Of a stretch of 64,000 bases of DNA, positions 9,211 to 16,528 are shown piece by piece. The first letter of the stretch is position 1, and the number at the start of each line of letters is the position of its first letter. Source of the stretch: Candidatus Latescibacterota bacterium (GTDB taxonomy: Bacteria > Latescibacterota > UBA2968 > UBA8231); NCBI GenBank assembly GCA_965197905.1, contig CBDAOB010000005.1, forward strand, positions 768,001 through 832,000, written 5' to 3'. The notes beneath the pieces were generated by a model. The model was not told where the DNA came from and ran no database searches. It worked only from the letters and a program-made list of their open reading frames with translations. A program made the position numbers and the translations under genes.

Positions 9211-12180
9211 CTAGATGGCCGGCCCGAACCCGGAGAAGCCTATGAAGGCGCGCACGAAAAACTCCAGGGTCTTGAAGTTCCGCTGGTCCCTGAATTTGGT
9301 GTCGAACTTCTGCGTGTCCTTGGCAACGCCCATCAGGGTCACCAATTCGTAGCCAAAATAGGCAGACGTGTTGATCAGGGAGAGGAAAGAGGTGTGTTGC
9401 TCGAAACTCTTGCGCTCCGAGGTGTCGTCGCGACGTCGATACGGTAGCGGTCCAAAGCCCTGCATCCCCGCCCGCAGCGTCGTCCTCGGTGAGAGGGCAT
9501 ATTCCAGCCGCAGAATGGGGATGGAGCGCAGCTCGGAGCGCAGCCGCACCTGGCGCTCCCGATCCTCCAGACGCAGCAGCATGAATTTGTATTGCGGCGT
9601 GAAAAGCAGCTTGCCCCAGTGAAAGGGGTGTTGGATGCGGGTCACCGAGGTCCAGAAGTCCAGGCGCCGATCGCGCTGGAAGCGCCCGCTGCGCAGCTCA
9701 CCGCCCTGCTGCCAGTTGAAGCGCAGGCGGATTTTCTGCACTACATCCAGGTCCGACCAGAGCCGGACGCGACCCTCCAGGTTGGATGCGTTCACGAAGC
9801 TGTCCTGGTAGAACAGCAAATCCGGGACGAAGTCGACCTTGAGGAATTTAACGACCCCCTGGCCCCTCGGGCCGCGGGGCATGAAGACGATCCCGCGCCC
9901 TTCAAAAATGGTGTTGCGGTCGCCGGCGTCGTCCTGGAAGTCCATGAACTCGTCGGCGATGTCGTCCTCCACCTTGCGGCTGTTGTTTTCGAAGAAGACC
10001 CGCCTGAGCCACCCCGACCCCTGTCGGCGATAGCCGACCAGCCCGTAGGTGGAGCGACTGCGGCCGGTGCCCGCAATCTCCTTAACGGAGTAATGCCCCA
10101 CCGAGAGATACCAGTATGGCGTCAGGTGCCATTGACTGAACAGGTGAAACCCGCGCTCGTCGTAGTCGTACGGATAGTCCACCTCGCTGTCGTCTTCGCG
10201 CCGGTCGGGCTCGTCGTTGTTGTTGCGGTCGAGACCGTAGGCGTAGTCGTTGGGCTCGACGTCGAACATCAGGAAGGGCTCTTCGTAGTCGGGGATGCGA
10301 TCCAGGTCGCGGTTGGTATCCGGGATCCCGTCATGGTCCTCGTCCTGATCCAGAAACACGCCGTCTACATCGGTGCCGACATTGGTGCTGTTATAGCCCA
10401 ACAGAGCACCGTAATTAATGTCGGTAAAGTGATCCCCATCGTCGTTGTCGTCCACCGTCTTCCAGTACATGTAATCGTTGAGCGTTCCCGAGAGATGGCC
10501 TAACCGGAGGGGACTCTCCCAATGCAGATAGGAACGGAACTCGGTGGAAAACCCCGGATTGATGGAAAACAGCTCCCCGCCTACCAGCCCGCGCTCGAAA
10601 TTGCGGACGGCATTGAGAAAATAGGCGGAGCCGCGGTCGGCGAAGCGCGGCGACTCATCGAAGACGGGGCTGTTGTCGATCTCGGCGGGATAGCGTGAAT
10701 AGACGCTGGAGCGCGCGTACTCGCCGGCGATCTCCAGCCCTGGCAGCTCGAGGTGCAGATCGGCGCTGTAGACGAAATGTCCGGTGTTCTCGCCGATGTC
10801 AAAGCGCCGCCGCTTGAGGTTGGACAGATCCTGGACATTGCCCCGGGAATGCGCCAGATCCTGGTAATAGTTGGCCGTGAACTTGTCATAGTAGGAGCTG
10901 GCGAACGCGGATTTGAAATATAACGTCGCCACCTCCACATGGTAGTCGTTCCCCACGACGCCCTCCAAGGCGACCGATTCGATCGCGGGCTCGGTGCTCA
11001 GGTCGAACAGAAAGACCAGCTCCCGCTCCCCGTCGGCGCGCAGCAGCGCCTGGGGCGACTCAACCGCATAGGTGGAAAGAAGACCGGGAAGATTTCCTTG
11101 ACCGCTGACATCGAGGCCATCCTCGTGGTCGATCCGCAGGAAGTAATCGGCAAAGAGCGGAATCTCGCGGCCGCGATAATAGTATTCGTTGACGTACGGC
11201 GTGGCCGCAGAGCCGGCGGAGAAATAAGTGTAGTTCACCGCCTGGAATTTACCGGTGAGGGCAGAAGTGGATCCCACTTGCAACGAGGGATTGGCCTGGT
11301 GGCTGATTATCCGTGGCACCAGATCGGGTCGGACCTCCCCGTTGACCACCAGGACCACCTCCTGCACCGCGGCGCCCCCCACGCCGTCGGCCGGCGAATC
11401 ATCCTTGAAACGCACGATGATCCAGTCCATTAGCGGGTGGTCCGGCTTCAGCCGGCCCTTGAGGCTGTTGCCGGTGGTCTGCGTGCTCTGGTAGATATGA
11501 TGGTTCACCCAGTTGAGGCCCAGGTGCAGGGCGCCTAAATCAGCCTGGGCGCGGCTGCCCAGCAGCGAATCATCGGCCCGGTGCCGCCAGAGCATAAACG
11601 ACTCGCCTGATTGTCGGAGATCTCGCATATAGCCCATCGGCCGCTCGGCGCGCGACGCCACCGTGGTCAGCTTCAGATGGGGGGTGGACAGATCGAAGCG
11701 GACCCCGTTGAAGTCCACCTTGTAAAGGGTCAACGGCGTAAAGCGGGCGATCACCCCGTCTCCCGCCATCATATGGAAACCCCAGTCGCCGTAGCCGTCG
11801 ATGGCCGCCACCCGCAGGTCGAATACGCTGAGCCAGGGGCCGGGAATGGTCTTGAATATGTCGCTGCCGAACTTCAAGCCCTCCCTCCGGGTTTCTTCCC
11901 ATCTGAACAGATCGTAGCCGGTCAGCAGGAAGTTGCCGAAGGAATCGTAGTAGCCGGTCGGCGAATCGGTATAGGGAGCAGTATGATTGGGATAGTTCTC
12001 GTACTGCTGGAAGGCGAAGTTGCGGTAGGGAACGCGCTCCCCGCGCAGGAACGGCCGCGCCGGAAACACCTCGTCCAGGGGCAGGTCCTGGGCGTGCGCC
12101 GGGAACCCCCACAGCGCCAGCACCGCAAGCACACTCCAGCGCATGCTGGACCAATATCTGGTCGCGAAGCCGCGCGCCAT
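9211..12180 (-). CDS. Large (989 aa) exported, putative outer-membrane protein with acidic DxDxDG repeats (paralogue 2)
   Basis: Signal peptide ending AHA-QD; repeats DDNDDGD, DEDHDGIPD and DRNNNDEPD. The C-terminal third is rich in alternating aromatic/hydrophobic segments. Confidence 0.8.
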   Translation of the reverse strand: MARGFATRYWSSMRWSVLAVLALWGFPAHAQDLPLDEVFPARPFLRGERVPYRNFAFQQYENYPNHTAPYTDSPTGYYDSFGNFLLTGYDLFRWEETRREGLKFGSDIFKTIPGPWLSVFDLRVAAIDGYGDWGFHMMAGDGVIARFTPLTLYKVDFNGVRFDLSTPHLKLTTVASRAERPMGYMRDLRQSGESFMLWRHRADDSLLGSRAQADLGALHLGLNWVNHHIYQSTQTTGNSLKGRLKPDHPLMDWIIVRFKDDSPADGVGGAAVQEVVLVVNGEVRPDLVPRIISHQANPSLQVGSTSALTGKFQAVNYTYFSAGSAATPYVNEYYYRGREIPLFADYFLRIDHEDGLDVSGQGNLPGLLSTYAVESPQALLRADGERELVFLFDLSTEPAIESVALEGVVGNDYHVEVATLYFKSAFASSYYDKFTANYYQDLAHSRGNVQDLSNLKRRRFDIGENTGHFVYSADLHLELPGLEIAGEYARSSVYSRYPAEIDNSPVFDESPRFADRGSAYFLNAVRNFERGLVGGELFSINPGFSTEFRSYLHWESPLRLGHLSGTLNDYMYWKTVDDNDDGDHFTDINYGALLGYNSTNVGTDVDGVFLDQDEDHDGIPDTNRDLDRIPDYEEPFLMFDVEPNDYAYGLDRNNNDEPDRREDDSEVDYPYDYDERGFHLFSQWHLTPYWYLSVGHYSVKEIAGTGRSRSTYGLVGYRRQGSGWLRRVFFENNSRKVEDDIADEFMDFQDDAGDRNTIFEGRGIVFMPRGPRGQGVVKFLKVDFVPDLLFYQDSFVNASNLEGRVRLWSDLDVVQKIRLRFNWQQGGELRSGRFQRDRRLDFWTSVTRIQHPFHWGKLLFTPQYKFMLLRLEDRERQVRLRSELRSIPILRLEYALSPRTTLRAGMQGFGPLPYRRRDDTSERKSFEQHTSFLSLINTSAYFGYELVTLMGVAKDTQKFDTKFRDQRNFKTLEFFVRAFIGFSGFGPAI

Positions 12181-12228
12181 GGGAAACCTTCCCGTCTGTC
12201 TAGCAGTAACCCGGGAACAGAATAAAGA

Positions 12229-12259
12229 ACAGGGGTAGATTGTGACAATCTACCCCTGT
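12229..12259 (-). terminator. Intrinsic terminator downstream of the CTD/Ig surface-protein gene
   Basis: Perfect 14-bp inverted repeat ACAGGGGTAGATTG/CAATCTACCCCTGT, followed on the minus strand by TCTTTATT. Confidence 0.8.
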
Positions 12260-12295
12260 GTAACCATACTCACATACGACCCGCGCGATGCGGGT

Positions 12296-14260
12296 TTACT
12301 TCAGCAGCGTCACCGCCTGTGTGGCCGAGAACTGACCGGCCTGCATGCGATAGAAATAAACGCCGCTGGATACCGGTTCGCCCTTGGAATTGTGGGCGTT
12401 CCAGGTGGCTTTGTAGGCGCCCGCCGGCTTGTAACCGTCGATGAGCGTGTCCACCAGCTGACCAGTGGTGTTGAACACCTCGATCTTCACCTGGTCTTCA
12501 TTTGCCAGCATAAAGTCGATGGCGGTCTCGGGATTGAATGGGTTGGGATAGGCGGCTCCGAGACTGTGGCTTTCGGGCAAGGCGGCGCTTGCCACCTCCT
12601 CGACCGCGGTTATGTTCGCCCCCATCTTGCCACTCTCGACCGCAAACGGCAGGTGCAGGCCCATATTGGGGACGCGTGGCTCGGTGGCTTCGTACGTATG
12701 GACCTCGTGATGAACGATGCTGTAATTGGTGTTGACGATGAGGCCGTCGTACGGACCCGGACCCTGGTTCGGGGCGCAGTAGAGATCGCCGTCATGCTTG
12801 GCGCAGTTGTTGGTGATCATGGCAACATTGGTGGTCGTATGTTGCGTGAACGGACCGACCGAGTAATCGAAGAAGGTCTGGCCGATGCCCGTCCCGTCGC
12901 GGCCGTAGATGGAGTGCCAATTCCCGAGGGTGTTGTGCCGCGGGGTAGTGATCGCAATCCTGCTCCTGGCGTCCGGCACAGAGTCGAGGATGAGGGCGAG
13001 CTCGCCGTTGCGGGCCGGACCCTGAATCCCAAGAGCGGCGGCGCGCTCGGCCGAAATCTGATCGCCGTAGTGGTCGCCCGGGCCGTTGGACCAGATGAGG
13101 TTGAAGTCGTGATCGATCTTGAGGAACTGGGTGCCGCGCCAGCCCATCGGCCACATGCCGCTTTCGTCCACGGTGATGGCGGTCGTGCCGCCGTTACCAA
13201 AGGCCTCGTTGCCGTTGTCGTCGATGCGGTATCTACGGTAGAACTCCACATGATCAGAATTGTACATGAGGAATTCGCCCGTGGTTTTGTCCCACACCCC
13301 GATTCCGGGATTTGGGGGGTCCGCTCCGCTCCAGTTGGTCGTATACATCTTGTCCTTCCAGAGCGCCACCGCCATGGTGGCCTCCGTGTCGGGCATCGGC
13401 TGTTTCGAATAGCCGTTGTCGCCCCAGTTCGGATCCCGATCCAGGGTTTTGGCGGCGTCATTCCGTAGCAGCCGGTAGACGCCGGCGCCGCCCCAGGTAG
13501 ACCAATTACCACCGATAAACGATACGTAGTAGGCATTCGGGTCGTCCACGTCCGGGCGGATGCCGCCGACCGTACCGCCGTTGTCGATGGTGTTGAGTTC
13601 CTCTACGAAATTCCAGGTCTCATAGCCAGTGGGGTTGTCAAGATAGTTGGTGCCCATCTTGCCGAGCGCCAGAGTGCCCCAGTACTGCCCCGCGTCTGCC
13701 GGCCCCTCAATGTGGGTCCATTGATCGCCGTTGCGCATATCCCAGACGGGGTCGCCCATTGCCATGGTGCTGAGCCCTACGAACGCCGCCGGGTCCACAT
13801 TATTGAGGGCGATGACGTCGAACTCGTAGTTACCAGGGCCGGCGGCATTACCCTCCCAATCATTGCCGTCCCATATGATCGTATTGGTGCCCTGTTCGAC
13901 GGAAATACCTTGGACACCACCGACCGTGGCGACATGCTTGTCCTGCGGAATGTAGCGAATCACCGCGTCGTTGATCCCGGTAGGACCGGTATCGTTGGAG
14001 CCGATCTCGTAGATGGCGACCCAGATGGTGGCGCGCTGGTTCGTTGTGATTGTAATGTCGGCGGCACCGCTGCCGCTGTAGGGGACATTTTGCGTGGTCA
14101 GGCGCATCGGATTCGCCGTGGTATTGGTGATCTCGCCGATGAGCTCTTGATAATTCTCCGGGAAGCTATCAAGCCCCGGCGGATAGGTCTCTGCCCCGGC
14201 GATGCCGACGGCAAGGACACCTAGTACTAAAGCAATAATTCCGATTCGAGGTAACTTCAT
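12296..14260 (-). CDS. Secreted 654-aa protein with an N-terminal FlgD-like Ig domain and a C-terminal FlgD-Ig/T9SS type A sorting-like domain (paralogue 1)
   Basis: Start MKLPRIGII follows an AAGGAGG RBS; signal peptide AGA-ET. Internal WDGNDWEGNAAGPGNYEF motif; C-terminal AYPNPFNPET...SSGVYFYRMQAG...TLLK. Confidence 0.85.
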   Translation of the reverse strand: MKLPRIGIIALVLGVLAVGIAGAETYPPGLDSFPENYQELIGEITNTTANPMRLTTQNVPYSGSGAADITITTNQRATIWVAIYEIGSNDTGPTGINDAVIRYIPQDKHVATVGGVQGISVEQGTNTIIWDGNDWEGNAAGPGNYEFDVIALNNVDPAAFVGLSTMAMGDPVWDMRNGDQWTHIEGPADAGQYWGTLALGKMGTNYLDNPTGYETWNFVEELNTIDNGGTVGGIRPDVDDPNAYYVSFIGGNWSTWGGAGVYRLLRNDAAKTLDRDPNWGDNGYSKQPMPDTEATMAVALWKDKMYTTNWSGADPPNPGIGVWDKTTGEFLMYNSDHVEFYRRYRIDDNGNEAFGNGGTTAITVDESGMWPMGWRGTQFLKIDHDFNLIWSNGPGDHYGDQISAERAAALGIQGPARNGELALILDSVPDARSRIAITTPRHNTLGNWHSIYGRDGTGIGQTFFDYSVGPFTQHTTTNVAMITNNCAKHDGDLYCAPNQGPGPYDGLIVNTNYSIVHHEVHTYEATEPRVPNMGLHLPFAVESGKMGANITAVEEVASAALPESHSLGAAYPNPFNPETAIDFMLANEDQVKIEVFNTTGQLVDTLIDGYKPAGAYKATWNAHNSKGEPVSSGVYFYRMQAGQFSATQAVTLLK

Positions 14261-14360
14261 CTCTTTTTTTCCTCCTTGAGGGTTCCAGGTTCCACGTGGC
14301 TTCAAATAACTATATTTAATCGGCACATCTACTTTGATCGGCACATCGTTGCGTCCCCTA

Positions 14361-14381
14361 TGCATCACCTCCTTTGGAGAC
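14361..14381 (-). promoter_or_regulatory. Conserved upstream extended Shine-Dalgarno-like leader element
   Basis: GTCTCCAAAGGAGGTGATGCA lies ~100 nt upstream of the start codon and is 20/21 identical to 53488..53508 upstream of the paralogue. Confidence 0.6.
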
Positions 14382-14472
14382 AACCGAAGTGGGGTTAAAG
14401 TGCGACCAGGTCACTAGTTAGACTCTGTTTTGCCGCCTCTGGGAACCAGCCAAAATATAAAATATTACTAAT

Positions 14473-14500
14473 ACAATAGCATCCAATCCTCAAGAGTCAA
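14473..14500 (-). promoter_or_regulatory. Putative sigma70-type promoter for the CTD/Ig gene
   Basis: TTGACT-N16-TATTGT on the minus strand in an AT-rich patch, with an A-tract upstream. Confidence 0.4.
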
Positions 14501-14541
14501 GTTTTTTTGGCCATCCACCCGCTGCGCTACGGCGTACTAAG

Positions 14542-14927
14542 TCATTGAGGGTGGGACGCGACGAACCGACTTCGGAAGCTCATCATGTTGACTTCGGGTT
14601 CGTACCCCAGGACCTCTTTGGCGACCGAGAGGTCGAGGAAGCCGGTGTGACCTCCGTCCACGTTTTCGGAGGCGCCGTACCAGCCGCTGGGGTTGAACTG
14701 ATCGACCGTCGACAGGGGGGGAGGATCGCTGACCCGCTCGTTCAAGCCGGTTGCCTTGTTGGAGCGTGGTCCCGAACGTCGCCGATCTCGACGCGGGATC
14801 GGGCTCCTTCGATCTCTCTAACGTCGGCCAATGTCAGCTCGTAGCGTTCCTCTGCCTCTCAGGCCTTCCACAGGGCCGTGCCGATCTGGCCAGCAGCTCC
14901 AGTTATTAGTACTCGTTTAAGGGCCAT
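14542..14927 (-). pseudogene. Collapsed NAD-dependent epimerase/dehydrogenase pseudogene (paralogue of 25982..26731)
   Basis: MALKRVLITGAAGQIGTALWKA*EAEERYELTLADV has TGA at 14859-14861 where the paralogue has Trp. Two large internal deletions follow, then an intact C-terminus VLGYEPEVNMMSFRSRF. Confidence 0.85.
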
Positions 14928-15027
14928 CTTGATCTCTCACTGTCTGCGATTCGTGTGGAGACCGCCGTCAGTTGGCGTTGCTGATCGGAACGCGGCGACA
15001 GTCCGCTATTGAAGAAAGGGGAAAACA

Positions 15028-16251
15028 ATGGGCAATCTCAAGATCCGCGATGTGCGGGCGATAGTGACCGCGCCGCCCGGTGCGCGCACCCTCACCCTCG
15101 TGAAGGTGGAGACCGACGAACCGGAGCTCTACGGCGTGGGCTGCGCTTCCTTCTTCTCGCGCCCGACCGCTGTCGCTGCCGCCGTTGACGATTATCTGAA
15201 ACCTTTTCTGGTCGGCAAGGACGCAAGCGAAATAGAAGACATCTGGCAGTCCTGCTATTCGTCTTCCTATTGGCGCAGCGGACCCGTCCTCAACAACGCC
15301 CTCAGCGGCGTAGATCAGGCATTGTGGGACATCAAGGGCAAGGTTGCGGGGATGCCGGTGTACGAACTTCTCGGCGGCAAATCGAGGGAGGCCGCAGCGG
15401 TCTACGTAATTCCGAGTAAAGAAGATGATGTCCACTCGCTCCTGGAACGCGGATTCCGCCACTTCAAATTGGGGGGCGAAACGCTGACGGCGGAGGACAA
15501 GGAGTATTACGCCCCCACCGTAATAACCGAAAAGGCGGCTTTCGACAGCGGAACCATCTTCGAGCCCACACCTTTCGCGCGCAGTATCGTCCGTCAATTC
15601 GAGGAGTTCCGCGCCCTGTTCGGCCCCCACCCGGAGGTTCTCTACGACGTCCATGAACGGCTGCCTCCCATCCAGGGTCTCGCGCTGGCCAAGGACGTCG
15701 AGCAATTCAAGCCTTTCTTCCTGGAGGACCTCTTCACACCGGAGGACAACGATTATTTTCGCCTCGTGCGCGAGCAGGCCAGCACGCCGATCGCCATGGG
15801 GGAGCTCTACAGCAATCCCCAGGAGATCGTGCCGATGATCAAGGACCGTCTAATAGATTTCATCCGCGTGCACATCTCGACCATCGGTGGCTTGACGCCG
15901 GCGCGCAAGCTGGCAGCCCTGTGCGAACCGTTCAATGTCCGCACCGCCTGGCATGGGCCGGCGGATATCTCGCCAGTGGGGTTCGCCGCGAACCTGATGC
16001 TGGACATGCACGTGTGGAACTTCGGCATCCAGGAGGCCTCGGCCTACCTGCACACCCACGAGACGTTGAAGGAAGTCTTCCCGGGCACGCCAGAGGTACG
16101 GGCAGGTTACATGTGGCCCAATGGAAAACCCGGTTTAGGTGTGGATATCGATGAGAAGCTGGCCGCCCGGTTTCCGGTCAAGGATCTGAGCGGAGCTACC
16201 ATAAGGTGGGGCAGCACACGGCGCGCCGATGGAACGGTGATACGACCGTAG
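15028..16251 (+). CDS. Enolase-superfamily acid-sugar dehydratase, RspA/D-mannonate dehydratase-like
   Basis: IEDIWQ, YWRSGPVLNNALSGVDQALWDIKGK; metal ligands in DVHER, FLED and MGE; WHGP; C-terminal RRADGTVIRP. Confidence 0.88.
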   Translation: MGNLKIRDVRAIVTAPPGARTLTLVKVETDEPELYGVGCASFFSRPTAVAAAVDDYLKPFLVGKDASEIEDIWQSCYSSSYWRSGPVLNNALSGVDQALWDIKGKVAGMPVYELLGGKSREAAAVYVIPSKEDDVHSLLERGFRHFKLGGETLTAEDKEYYAPTVITEKAAFDSGTIFEPTPFARSIVRQFEEFRALFGPHPEVLYDVHERLPPIQGLALAKDVEQFKPFFLEDLFTPEDNDYFRLVREQASTPIAMGELYSNPQEIVPMIKDRLIDFIRVHISTIGGLTPARKLAALCEPFNVRTAWHGPADISPVGFAANLMLDMHVWNFGIQEASAYLHTHETLKEVFPGTPEVRAGYMWPNGKPGLGVDIDEKLAARFPVKDLSGATIRWGSTRRADGTVIRP

Positions 16252-16268
16252 GTGCTGTCTTTGCCGAG

Positions 16269-16454
16269 CTATTCGCCATAGCTAACCTGCGGCTGCACCG
16301 CGTCCAGCACGATTGGCGTTGCCGCCGACTCGCCTCGGTTGTCGGCAACGTCGTGCTCGAGATTAACACTAGGCGCGTTGTGGATGTCGTCGCCATCGTT
16401 ATTGAAAATGATACGGCGGCGACGCCAGCGAGCGGCTCTTCGCATCTCGTTCAT
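16269..16454 (-). pseudogene. Remnant of a GHL10-like gene: N- and C-termini fused by a large deletion
   Basis: AARWRRRRIIFNNDGDD matches the start of 18618..20222 (AARWRKRRIIYNNDGDD). RGESAATPIVLDAVQPQVSYGE* matches its end (RDESMQTPLVWDSAQLHVSYTH*). The GGAGG RBS is retained. Confidence 0.75.
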
Positions 16455-16528
16455 CTGTTTACGCCCTCCATTTCGCAAAAGCTCGATTAATCACAGATTG
16501 TAGGGAGAAACTGTGATCGGAGACTAAA

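Noticed and set aside
14261..14383. 41-aa N-terminal extension of the CTD/Ig protein in the ORF track
   Set aside because: The RBS, signal peptide and paralogue all point to the MKLPR start at 14260, and the extension is not in frame in the paralogue.
14859..14861. In-frame TGA as possible recoding (Trp or selenocysteine)
   Set aside because: TGA is used as a normal stop throughout the window, and the same gene carries large deletions, so this is a nonsense mutation.
16490..16517. Imperfect inverted repeat ATCACAGATT...AAACTGTGAT upstream of unknown-family gene 1
   Set aside because: Not conserved upstream of the two paralogues, and the half-sites are in the reverse order for a CRP-type site; insufficient support.
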